This document shows, piece after piece, positions 7,811 to 16,447 of a DNA stretch of 64,000 bases. Every line of letters begins with the position of its first letter. The first letter of the stretch is position 1. The notes beneath the pieces are model-generated. The model searched no databases. It saw nothing but the letters and a program-made list of their open reading frames with translations, and had not been told where the DNA came from. Origin of the DNA: a virus. Taxonomy: Duplodnaviria; Caudoviricetes. Both the position numbers and the translations under genes were made by a program. The stretch is taken from positions 14,924-78,923 of the IMG/VR virus record IMGVR_UViG_3300006204_000008. One strand, given 5' to 3'.

Positions 7811-9910
7811 TTATGAGGGACCAGCGTCTTTCCAGCGGCGGAAAATATCCAAGGCTTTTTTGGAATCGCGGCGGTAGAGCTCTTGAAGAAAAAACTTTGC
7901 AACGTTTTGGTCCTTCGGGTCAACCTCTAGGACCAGCTGCTCCAGCTGTTCATCCGTGAGAAGGTCGAGCATATCTTTGATATCTTGCACTTCCTGCCGG
8001 CGGTGATCAACCAGGGCTTCCATCCAGGGTGCCAGGGAGACGGAAACCACATCCCCGGCGGCGGTGGAGAGGCAGGAGGCCAGACGGTCAGCCAGAGCCT
8101 CGATCTCCGCCGCCTCTTTGTCTGCTTCCTCTGCGGTGCATCCGTAGGGGTGTGCGCGGTGATGGGCGGCAAAGCTGCGGATGTGGGCCACCAGGCCACC
8201 GTCGTTATCCCCCAGGTCGTAGCGGCCTTCATAGCTGTGTTCCTCGCCGGATTCATCGGTCCAGGTGATGAGGAATTTCGTTTTATCATAGCCCCCCTTT
8301 TCCTCTTCTGCCCGTTCCAGGTCGTAACGTCCCAGGATGATTTCAGCGGCGGCGGGGGAGAGGTCCAGGGTGTTATCGTCCCAGCTGTAGAAGGCGGGGT
8401 GCTCACTCCAGCAGATTTTCACCACCGGCTCATCGGGACGGATGGGGTTTTGCCGGCTGATCTCTTCGATGTAGGCGCGGCCCTCCTGGGTTTGCTGCTC
8501 GACCTTGGCCTGCATCTCGGCCCGCTGTTTCTCGGCTGCTTCCTGCTCGGCAATTTGGCGGGCGGTTTCTTCGGCTTTTTCTGCAGAAGCCTCTTCAGGA
8601 GGGTTGGGGATCTTGATGCCCTCCGGGCAGAGCCGATTGACCACAGATTCATAGAACGCCTGGAGGGTGAGACTCTTCTGGATTTCCGGGTGATCTTCGC
8701 CGCAGTTCCAGGTGAGCCAGTCAGCGTTCTTTTTGGCGGCGTCTGCTTCCTGCTGGAAGTGGGCGGCGATCTGGGACAGGTCCTTTACTGTGGCGGGTGT
8801 GATCTGCGCGTGTTCGGCGTTCCAGGCGTCGGCCTTGGCGCAGTATTCCCTGCTGCTGTGGAAGTTTTTGAGGGGCCAAAAATGGGTGCTGTCGCTTCTG
8901 GTGCTGAGTTTCCCGGCTTTGGTGATGCGGAGCAAACAATGGTCTTTGCCGAGCCATCCCGGATCACCGGGAGAGTGCGCTACGAAATACAGGCCGTTGT
9001 GGCTTTTGGCGTAGGCGTTGCTGATCCGGACGATATCTCCGGTTTTCATTTTCTGGTCCTCCTCATGGTTTGGGGTCTGCTCCTCTGGCGTTTCTCGTTT
9101 TGCAGGATCTTCGGGAAACTCTTCGGCTTCCGGGGTCTGAGATTGCAGCGGTTCTCCATTCGCGGGAGTTTCTTCCGATGACACATCTTCCGGCGGAGCA
9201 TAGCGGAGGGCAGTATTCTCGCGGGTATAGTTTTTGTGCAGACGGACAGGAAGCAAAATCCCGTCACCGCTTGGGCCGGTGAAGTAAATGGGGCCGCTTT
9301 CCGGCTGGTCTGCAATATGGCAGGCGCTTGCGTCGGGCAGAAGTTCCAGCACATCCAGCAGATACCGGGCATTGACCAGGGGACGGCCAGGGCCGAAGTC
9401 CCAGACGATTTGCCCCTTTTTCCCGTCTAAAAACTCTTTTTCTGCGGTGCATAGCTTAATATGGGCCCGTACCTGGGCAATCGCGGGAAGGGTGAGGGGC
9501 TGCGTTTTACCCCGGCCGGAACCAAGAATCACAGGTTCCAAACTTTCCGCACCTTCGCTTTCGGGGAGGTCCAGGGGCTCATTAAGGGCCGCTCCGTGGA
9601 AGCCGCTGCAGATATACTGCCGGCCGTCTTTGCCAGTCCAGGCACCAAAGAAGTCTTTCCGGCTCATGGTTCCGGCCACCTTCAGCAGGCGGCGGGCGGC
9701 GGCCAGGATGCTCCGGCGGCCTGCGGACTTCGACTTGGCGGTAGCGATCTCTGTGCGGACGTCCCGCAGGATGGAGGCCAGGAGGCCCAGAGAATCGCCC
9801 AGGACCGGTGCGGCGGGGTCTGCGGCCAACTTCTTGACGGTGGCGGCTTCGGATTCCTCCAGGGTGGAAACATAGGCGTTCAGGTTTTCATACAGCTTCT
9901 CGATTTTCAT
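7811..9910 (-). CDS. Multidomain polyvalent-type protein with LPD25-like domain
   Basis: C-terminal VVKICWSEHPAF...GGYDKTKFLITW...YEGRYDLGDNDGGLVAHI resembles LPD25; acidic linker; internal in-frame SD+ATG at 9049. Confidence 0.65.
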   Translation of the reverse strand: MKIEKLYENLNAYVSTLEESEAATVKKLAADPAAPVLGDSLGLLASILRDVRTEIATAKSKSAGRRSILAAARRLLKVAGTMSRKDFFGAWTGKDGRQYICSGFHGAALNEPLDLPESEGAESLEPVILGSGRGKTQPLTLPAIAQVRAHIKLCTAEKEFLDGKKGQIVWDFGPGRPLVNARYLLDVLELLPDASACHIADQPESGPIYFTGPSGDGILLPVRLHKNYTRENTALRYAPPEDVSSEETPANGEPLQSQTPEAEEFPEDPAKRETPEEQTPNHEEDQKMKTGDIVRISNAYAKSHNGLYFVAHSPGDPGWLGKDHCLLRITKAGKLSTRSDSTHFWPLKNFHSSREYCAKADAWNAEHAQITPATVKDLSQIAAHFQQEADAAKKNADWLTWNCGEDHPEIQKSLTLQAFYESVVNRLCPEGIKIPNPPEEASAEKAEETARQIAEQEAAEKQRAEMQAKVEQQTQEGRAYIEEISRQNPIRPDEPVVKICWSEHPAFYSWDDNTLDLSPAAAEIILGRYDLERAEEEKGGYDKTKFLITWTDESGEEHSYEGRYDLGDNDGGLVAHIRSFAAHHRAHPYGCTAEEADKEAAEIEALADRLASCLSTAAGDVVSVSLAPWMEALVDHRRQEVQDIKDMLDLLTDEQLEQLVLEVDPKDQNVAKFFLQELYRRDSKKALDIFRRWKDAGPS

Positions 9911-9966
9911 AACTTTTCCTCCTGTGATTCCCCGGTTTTCCCGGGACGTGTATTCTGTGTGGATTT

Positions 9967-9996
9967 GGGGTCTTGGATTGTGGCGGTTCTCATTTT
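9967..9996 (-). promoter_or_regulatory. Repeated early-gene upstream element, copy 2
   Basis: 29/30 identical to 5311-5340. Confidence 0.7.
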
Positions 9997-10084
9997 ACGG
10001 GAAACCACTTTCACCCATGAGCGCCGCCCCGGAAGGGGCACCGGGCTTGCACCGGTCACGCCGCAGCGCGGGCCTTGCGGGCGA

Positions 10085-10648
10085 TCAATCCATCTGGCAG
10101 TAGTCCATAGCATCATAGCCCATGGAGCGGAGCGCGGCAGTCATGGCCTCTGCGTTGCGGCTGCGGGCGTTGCCCTGGGCTCGGGTGTCCGGGCCGAAAA
10201 CAAACTGTTTGGAGCCGTAACAATTCCAGACAAAACAGCCGGTCCCGGCTTCCTTCGCGGCTTGCTTCACTTTCTCCGCAGTCCAGCGGGGGAGGGAGAG
10301 GGCGGAGCTGTCAAAGTTACAAGTGCCGCCGTCCTCCGGGTTGGCATCCTCTACAGCGCGGCCAGCGGCCAGGGCCTTCTTGAGATCATCACGGAGCTTG
10401 GCGTAGCGTCCAGTCAGAGCGCCGGGGGCTCTCTTGTCTTTGGGCTTGTCCGGGGGATAGGCGGCGCGGATCACGGCAAAGTGGCTCAGGGCTTCCGCCT
10501 CTGTGGCGGATCTCATGCTGGCGATCTCGACATAACCGCCGGAAGTCATGAGCATTGTTTCATAGCTGCCAGGGGCAAGCTCGGAAGCGTCCAGGATGAC
10601 GCGGCGGCCCTTGAGGGTGTATTCCTCGTGCTTTACAGTGTTAACCAT
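10085..10648 (-). CDS. Hypothetical protein
   Basis: ORF MVNTVKHEEY..., SD AAAGGT. Confidence 0.75.
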   Translation of the reverse strand: MVNTVKHEEYTLKGRRVILDASELAPGSYETMLMTSGGYVEIASMRSATEAEALSHFAVIRAAYPPDKPKDKRAPGALTGRYAKLRDDLKKALAAGRAVEDANPEDGGTCNFDSSALSLPRWTAEKVKQAAKEAGTGCFVWNCYGSKQFVFGPDTRAQGNARSRNAEAMTAALRSMGYDAMDYCQMD

Positions 10649-10665
10649 GATAATACCTTTCTGCT

Positions 10666-10726
10666 CTACCATCATCAGGCCAGGGGGAGCAGTCCCTGAC
10701 GACGGGCCTTGGCCCGTTTCGGCTTA
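10666..10726 (-). ncRNA. Hammerhead ribozyme, type II topology
   Basis: Minus strand GCC-GAAA-CGGGCC AA GGCCCG-UC-GUCAGGG..CCCUGGC-CUGAUGA-U-GGU; GUC cleavage triplet; stem II short. Confidence 0.75.
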
Positions 10727-10737
10727 AATTGACGGGA

Positions 10738-11130
10738 TCAGGAGGCCCAGGGCAAGGGCCTGCCGGTGCTGTGGAAATAGCCGCTCCACCCATCAGGGCT
10801 TGCCCAGAAGCGGCGGACGTTGTCCTCAGCTCTCCATCCGACGTGCGCACAGACCTGCCAGCGGTTCCGCTTTTCGTAGCGGTTCATGGCCTTTGCCGTA
10901 GTGAGGACGGCGTTCACGTCAACGGAAACGATTTCGCAGGCACTGCGCAGGGCATCCCATGTGTAGGTGCTGGCGGTTTCCTTGCGGACATAGTTTCCAT
11001 ATTCCTCCAGGTCCAGGCTGGGGACCCAGCCGCCCTTGAAGGTCAGGCAGAAAATGCGGTATTCGTTTTCTGCGTTTAGGTAGTTCTGCGCCATGTCCAG
11101 CAGGGCCCGGATATTGTAACTGTTTTTCAT
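10738..11130 (-). CDS. Hypothetical protein
   Basis: MKNSYNIRALL..., SD AGGAGGG. Confidence 0.75.
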   Translation of the reverse strand: MKNSYNIRALLDMAQNYLNAENEYRIFCLTFKGGWVPSLDLEEYGNYVRKETASTYTWDALRSACEIVSVDVNAVLTTAKAMNRYEKRNRWQVCAHVGWRAEDNVRRFWASPDGWSGYFHSTGRPLPWAS

Positions 11131-11197
11131 GATATTTCCCTCCTGTTGATCTATCGGCCTGCGGCCTGTCGTGTTTTGTTTGACTATGACCGTATTA

Positions 11198-11284
11198 TAC
11201 ACGCGATTGTGTGCATTGTAAATCGACATTATACACATAATTATGTGTATTTATTTGTGCAAAACATACACTTGTTTATGTGTA
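11198..11284. promoter_or_regulatory. Divergent promoter region with three TACAC-N8-GTGTA operators
   Basis: 11198-11215, 11232-11249 (perfect palindrome TACACATAATTATGTGTA), 11267-11284. Confidence 0.75.
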
Positions 11285-11323
11285 TATATGGATATATAAT
11301 TGAGAGAAAAGGGAGGGGAGAAA

Positions 11324-11557
11324 ATGGCTATAATTTATGACAAACTTTTCCAAAAGTTAAAAGAAAAAGGGTATACAACATACCGCATCCGGCAGGAGCG
11401 GCTTATAAGTGAGGGGACATTGACCAACCTCCGGAATCATGCCAGGCATTTAGACGGCAAGGTCCTTGATCGTTTGTGTCGTGTGCTGGAGTGTCAGCCG
11501 GGGGATCTGATGGAGTGGGTGCCGGATGGTATCGCCAACGAGGAGGGCGTGGAGTGA
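11324..11557 (+). CDS. Cro/C1-type (Xre) HTH regulator
   Basis: IIYDKLFQKLKEKGYTTYRIRQERLISEGTLTNLRN...LDRLCRVLECQPGDLMEWVPD pattern. Confidence 0.9.
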   Translation: MAIIYDKLFQKLKEKGYTTYRIRQERLISEGTLTNLRNHARHLDGKVLDRLCRVLECQPGDLMEWVPDGIANEEGVE

Positions 11558-12309
11558 GGCAGCGAAGCTGTAAAGGGTGCGGAACCCCCTTTGTCGGAGA
11601 GGGTGAGCAACGGTTTTGCCCCACCTGCCGGATGGCGGCGCGGCAGGCATCGGTGATCCGGACCAGGCAGTGTATCCAGTGCAGCACACAATTTGAGGGT
11701 GGGCCCCGCGCTCGGTATTGCCCCCAATGCCGGACAGAGCGGCAGAGGCAACAGTCCCGAGAGTACCACCAACGCAAAGCTGCGGGGTCTGTCCGTCCCC
11801 TGGGGAGTGTGGACCTTTGTCAGGTATGTGGCGGAGAGTACATTGTTACCGGCGCACTACAGATGTACTGTCCAGCTTGTGCTGCTGATGCCGTGAGAGA
11901 TAAGGTTTTGCCGAGCAAACGAGCCCGAGCAAGATATCACGCCGAAGAACAAAGCGCACGGAAAAAAGAGTTGCGCAAGGAGAGCGCCGTCTGTGCCTAC
12001 TGCGGCGCGCTGTACACCCCAACGGACGCGGCTGTAACGTGCAGTGAGCAATGCGCCAAAGAGTATAAGCGCATTGTGCAGGGGATGGCCGACTATAAGC
12101 GAGGGAGGCGCAAAAAGCCGCCGGCACATGAGCGATATGCCAGCGGGTTGCCCCAGTCTGATCTCCCCGGTGTGTCTTATCACAGGAAGCGGAAGAAATG
12201 GCAAGTTATCCATCAGGGGAAATATGTTGGGCTTTTTGCATCCCAAGAGGAAGCCGAAGTGGTCAAGAAGAGGTTGGGAGAACAAGATGTTATGCCAAAC
12301 GACGAATAA
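11554..12309 (+). CDS. Multi-zinc-ribbon protein with C-terminal AP2-like DNA-binding domain
   Basis: Repeated CxxC pairs; PGVSYHRKRKKWQVIHQGKYVGLFASQEEA; GTGA overlap with upstream stop. Confidence 0.75.
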   Translation: MRQRSCKGCGTPFVGEGEQRFCPTCRMAARQASVIRTRQCIQCSTQFEGGPRARYCPQCRTERQRQQSREYHQRKAAGSVRPLGSVDLCQVCGGEYIVTGALQMYCPACAADAVRDKVLPSKRARARYHAEEQSARKKELRKESAVCAYCGALYTPTDAAVTCSEQCAKEYKRIVQGMADYKRGRRKKPPAHERYASGLPQSDLPGVSYHRKRKKWQVIHQGKYVGLFASQEEAEVVKKRLGEQDVMPNDE

Positions 12310-12355
12310 ACGATATCATTATCCCTGTTCTTTTGTTTATTTTGTGGATTGTATA

Positions 12356-12378
12356 TACACATAATCGCGTGTATAATA
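12356..12378 (+). promoter_or_regulatory. Fourth TACAC-N8-GTGTA operator overlapping a -10 box
   Basis: TACACATAATCGCGTGTA (12356-12373) running into TATAAT. Confidence 0.7.
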
Positions 12379-12459
12379 ATGGCAGACTCAAACAAGGCGA
12401 GACCCCAGAGGTCCACCCAAAGGACACCCCACCAGGGGAAGAAACAGGAGGATTAGAAA

Positions 12460-12768
12460 ATGACTATCGAAATGATGAAGAAAAACAATGGGGAAACCAC
12501 CGACAACGGAAAAACCTATGTCCTGACACATCAGGCGAACATTGGAGGCCCCCTGGATGCCCCCTATTATGCGGCATACGCAATCTGCCCGACAGACGGC
12601 CCAGACGAAGATGGTCTTTATCCGGTCTATTCTGTCACCTGGTATCCGTCTCAGGAGTGGCTGGACAGCGACCGAGAGGATGAGGGTTGGGCTTGCAACT
12701 GGGAAGAGGCCGATGAATTGTCCGCAACTGGGATGGGATACGACTTGGAGGATGACCGGTTAATTTGA
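12460..12768 (+). CDS. Acidic hypothetical protein
   Basis: SD AGGAGG; 102-aa ORF. Confidence 0.8.
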   Translation: MTIEMMKKNNGETTDNGKTYVLTHQANIGGPLDAPYYAAYAICPTDGPDEDGLYPVYSVTWYPSQEWLDSDREDEGWACNWEEADELSATGMGYDLEDDRLI

Positions 12769-12781
12769 GCACCATCAAAAC

Positions 12782-12864
12782 CCACCTGATGAGAGCCCGG
12801 AGGCACCGGGCCGAAACCACCCCGCAGCCAGCGGCGGCAGCTGCTCAAGTCTCCCGTGGTATGG
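12782..12864 (+). ncRNA. Hammerhead ribozyme, type I, imperfect stem I
   Basis: CUGAUGA 12786-92; stem II GCCCGG/CCGGGC; GAAA 12813-16; stem III ACCAC/GUGGU(12856-60); GUA triplet; stem I CCA/UGG needs a bulged C. Confidence 0.55.
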
Positions 12865-12924
12865 AGCGATGAGGCCCGCCGCAAGCCCCAGAATACCGCG
12901 AGATTGACAAGGAGGTATAACCCC

Positions 12925-13089
12925 ATGGCACGCTATCAAATCACCTACACCAAGGGCAACGCGCCCCTGGTGGCTTGGGCAGATACGCCGGAGGCAGCGC
13001 AGGTCAAAGCGGATCAGCTCCGGCGCGTCGGGTACGCCGTCATGGTGTGGGAGCACACCAAGGCAGGAGCCCGCAAAGCGGACATCTAA
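12925..13089 (+). CDS. Small hypothetical protein (54 aa)
   Basis: SD AAGGAGG; MARYQITYTKGNAPL... Confidence 0.75.
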   Translation: MARYQITYTKGNAPLVAWADTPEAAQVKADQLRRVGYAVMVWEHTKAGARKADI

Positions 13090-13101
13090 GCAAGACAGCA
13101 C

Positions 13102-13135
13102 AGGGCCGGGGGGGGATTATTCCGCCGGCCCTTTT
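13102..13135 (+). terminator. Intrinsic terminator
   Basis: AGGGCCGG/CCGGCCCT stem then TTT. Confidence 0.65.
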
Positions 13136-14301
13136 CCATGCCCGCATACGTCAAAATAAGAGCCGCCAAGGACGCCCATCACCCCATGAGTTTTGGGGCC
13201 GCATTCCCTGGCGGTTCTTGCTTTTTATACTTTCTTCAGGGGGCAATTCTTTAGCGCGCTACTGTGTTCCCTCTACCCCTGCGCGCGCACGCGTGCGCGT
13301 ATATATAATATATTTATATAAGCGAGCGCCCCCAGCGTAAGCGTCGGGGCGTGAGATACTTACATGACCATATACTGTGAGCGGCCAGCGCAAGTGAGGC
13401 CGCGGATGGTCTTTACTCGTGAGGCGGACGCGCAAGCGCTCCGCCGGATTGAGTATATCCACCCACAGAGCGCGACGAGCGTCAGCAATGTCGCGCGAGA
13501 GTATCACAGCCGGGGCGGTGCTGGTGTTGGTGATGGGGGGATGGATGAGTGAGGGCGCAAGCCTGCGGACTCTCCCGCCCTACTCCTGCCCTCCCTGCGG
13601 CCTGCTGCGGTTTTGGGGCTCGCTCTGCTCGCCTTGCGTGGTATACGATTAGTATATTATATACAATACTTACAGTTATACGTACATCAGGAAGAAGGTT
13701 GACGTAGAAAAAAACGAAGAGGACCAAAGCCACTGCGAAGATGGCGGAGAAACCAGAGCCCACCAAAGGGGGAGGGAAAGAAGAGATCAGCAGGGAAGAA
13801 ACAGAGCGGGGGCCCAACAGGAGAGAGGGGAAGAAAAAACGGGGAGAAGATGGGGAGATGGGGAGAGGGAAGGGAGTGTGTAGGAGGATGGAAAGAGTCA
13901 CCGCGCGGCTGATGTTCCTGCTCAAAGCCATGAGGGCCCGCGCGATGATCCAAGCGCGAAGTGTGAAAAAGGCACGGATCAGGCGGGAGACGCGCCACCT
14001 TGGCGGTCAAGTGGCAAGTGTTGTGATTCCTGCGAAGAATCACAACACTTGAAACCCATATACAGGCTTGAATAGAAAATAAAGGGTAAAACAGGGAGGC
14101 GGGGGAGTGCTTTTGCCGCAAGCACCCCCCTGGTTTGCAGTTTGGACCCCCTTTTTGGGCACGGTATACCTACTAGCTCTTCTTTCCGCTCCCATGTTCT
14201 CCATACCCCTCTGAACAGCGCACCCATCACCCAAGAACAAACTTAAACATCCAACCGCATGAGAAGCTTGGATAATATATCGAAAAGATAGACATTAGCA
14301 T

Positions 14302-14329
14302 TTGACAAATGCTGGATTTATGCTATAAT
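14302..14329 (+). promoter_or_regulatory. SigA promoter of head operon
   Basis: TTGACA(14302-07)-16 bp-TG.TATAAT(14324-29). Confidence 0.8.
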
Positions 14330-14353
14330 GAGGGCTGAAAGTGAATAAGTAAT

Positions 14354-14436
14354 CCTCACCGCAAGCAGGCGGCGGGAAGAGCCAAGCTGGGCTGAATCTA
14401 TTTCCAGAGATGGAGATGGGTTTAGCCCAGTTTTTT
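14354..14436 (+). promoter_or_regulatory. Conserved late-leader hairpin plus long terminator, copy 1
   Basis: CCTCACCGC-AAGCAG-GCGGCGGG-AAGAGCCAAG then about 20-bp hairpin and T6. Confidence 0.8.
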
Positions 14437-14470
14437 ATATCAAGAAATCAAGGGAGGAGGTGATGAGGAC

Positions 14471-15001
14471 GTGAGTGTAAGTGAAAACTACGGCTTTCAG
14501 CGCTGGCCCATGCTGCGGGAACCTTCCCGGGCTGTGACAGACGCCATGGAGAGAGCCATGCGCTTTATGGACAGCTGCAAAGAATCGGTCCTCATTTTGG
14601 AAGGGATGCCTATGACGGCACTGTGCATCCACAAGCAGGCCCATACCTACGGGGAGCTCTGGGACCAATTCGGTGAGATACTGCACCAGCGTCATTTTAT
14701 CCAGGAGTTTCCTGGAACGCCGGAGCTGGACGAAAAGCCGGACCTGAGCAGAGCCTTCGAGATCATGCTGGACTGCATGGAGCGGGTCATTACAGCCCTG
14801 GGAGAGTTCATCTTGGCGGCGGACGCCAACCGTCTTTATCCCCTGGGCCGGGAGGCAGAAAACCTGCAGATGGAGGTCAGCGGGGATATGACCCGCTGGC
14901 TGGAAGCGGCAAGGCTTTGGGAGGATTCGGCGGGAAGCAAGGTATCCTTCGAGAAATGGATGAGGGACTTCTTCGATGCAGGACCGGATACGGCGGAATG
15001 A
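14471..15001 (+). CDS. Hypothetical helical protein, first gene of head operon
   Basis: GTG start behind GGAGGAGG. Confidence 0.8.
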   Translation: MSVSENYGFQRWPMLREPSRAVTDAMERAMRFMDSCKESVLILEGMPMTALCIHKQAHTYGELWDQFGEILHQRHFIQEFPGTPELDEKPDLSRAFEIMLDCMERVITALGEFILAADANRLYPLGREAENLQMEVSGDMTRWLEAARLWEDSAGSKVSFEKWMRDFFDAGPDTAE

Positions 15002-15014
15002 GAGGGGAAGTGCG

Positions 15015-16424
15015 ATGAAAGCAGTGAAAACGAAGCCTCTGCTGGACCCCATTCGTGTGGTACAGACGGGAGAGCTGAAAGTTCTGCGCAGACAGAACGC
15101 CTTTCTCTCCGACGTGGAGCTCTGGGTACTCAACGACCTGGTCAACCGAAATAACTGGCGGTTCGTCAACCTGGAGGAGCATCGGGCCCTCTTTGCTGGG
15201 ACGCCGATCCTCATCGCCTACATCCACAAGGGAGCGGGCATCGGAGACGGCCATAACTTTGAGCTGCGCCGGGACCCCAAGACGGGGAAGAACCGTCCGT
15301 CCTTCACGGCGGACACGGCGGAGCGGATCGTGGGATCTCTGTCGGATGATCCCGGCGATATCCGGCTGGAAGAGAAAGGCGGCGTGACTTGGGTGGTCGC
15401 CCGGGGAACACTCTGGAACTTCTACGCGCCGGAGCTGGTGGACAAGATCACGGCGGATGCTGCGCAGGGACGGACCATGTCGGTGAGCATCGAAGCCCTG
15501 GTCCAGGAGTTCCACATAGGCGAAGAGGGCGAGGAAGTGGAGGACCGGTGGATTCCTCTGGGCACCACCATCCTGGGGGACCACGTTGCCCCTGCAGTGA
15601 AAGACGCCCGGATCGTAGCAATGCAGGAGGGCGGGAGCTTTGAGGAATTGAAGGTCCGGGCAGCCTCGTATGCGAGAAACAACGGCAACCAAAAGAACGG
15701 AAGAGGAGGGAGCGCAAAGATGAACAAGAAAGCCATGGAACAGCTGGCTGCTAAGTTTGAGGGCTATAAGGTCCTTGCTGTGTCCAAGGACGGACGGCGT
15801 GTCATTCTTTTGGACCAGGGGGGCGGGGCCTACGGCTACACCTTCGGGGAAGAGGACCAGGGCGAAGTTATCCAGGCCAAGATCAAGCCCACGGAGCTGA
15901 GTGTCCGCACCGCGGCTGAGGACGGCGAAGAGGGCCTGAGCCTGGACATGGACGACATTCTGGACCATGTGACCAACAGCGTTCGGGATCAGGCAAAGAC
16001 CATTGAGAACCTGAACAAGCAGCTGGAGGAGGCCAACGCCGCCGTGGAGGCCATGAAGCAGGCCGAACAGCAGCGCCGGGTGGACAGCGTCAAGGATGTG
16101 CTCACACGCACTCTGGAGGAAATCAGGGAAAACACTGGCGCGGATGTCTCCGAGCTGGCGGAAAAGGTCAAAGAGCTGTCGGATAAAGCGGAAAACTATG
16201 CGCAGCTGGAGGACAGCGAGGGCAAGTTCTGCGGCGCAGACCAGGCCAAGAAAGACCTCCTGGCGATTCACGGGGAACTCTGCATCAAGAAAGCGAAGGC
16301 GCAGAAGCTGGCGGAGAAGAACACCTACATCTGGGATCATCTGCGGCGCAGCAGCGCCGGCAGCGGTGAGGATGATGGCGGGATTGCCGGACTGCTGGCC
16401 AGAAACGGAATCACCAACGAGTAA
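15015..16424 (+). CDS. Putative prohead protease-scaffold fusion
   Basis: Two genes upstream of the capsid; globular N-half, coiled-coil acidic C-half; internal in-frame SD+ATG at 15720. Confidence 0.65.
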   Translation: MKAVKTKPLLDPIRVVQTGELKVLRRQNAFLSDVELWVLNDLVNRNNWRFVNLEEHRALFAGTPILIAYIHKGAGIGDGHNFELRRDPKTGKNRPSFTADTAERIVGSLSDDPGDIRLEEKGGVTWVVARGTLWNFYAPELVDKITADAAQGRTMSVSIEALVQEFHIGEEGEEVEDRWIPLGTTILGDHVAPAVKDARIVAMQEGGSFEELKVRAASYARNNGNQKNGRGGSAKMNKKAMEQLAAKFEGYKVLAVSKDGRRVILLDQGGGAYGYTFGEEDQGEVIQAKIKPTELSVRTAAEDGEEGLSLDMDDILDHVTNSVRDQAKTIENLNKQLEEANAAVEAMKQAEQQRRVDSVKDVLTRTLEEIRENTGADVSELAEKVKELSDKAENYAQLEDSEGKFCGADQAKKDLLAIHGELCIKKAKAQKLAEKNTYIWDHLRRSSAGSGEDDGGIAGLLARNGITNE

Positions 16425-16447
16425 GGAAAAGGGAGGGACAATTCAAG

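Noticed and set aside
7985-10699. Long plus-strand ORFs 7985-9181 and 9461-10699, and similar long ORFs at 14877-16340, 17002-18288, 24087-25736, 27550-29145, 35282-36940, 45350-46696, 58862-60253
   Set aside because: Antisense shadows of real GC-rich genes, with no SD and no protein-like motifs
13364-14052. ORFs 13364-13552 and 13741-14052
   Set aside because: Weak or absent SD and low-complexity products explained by purine bias; not supported as genes
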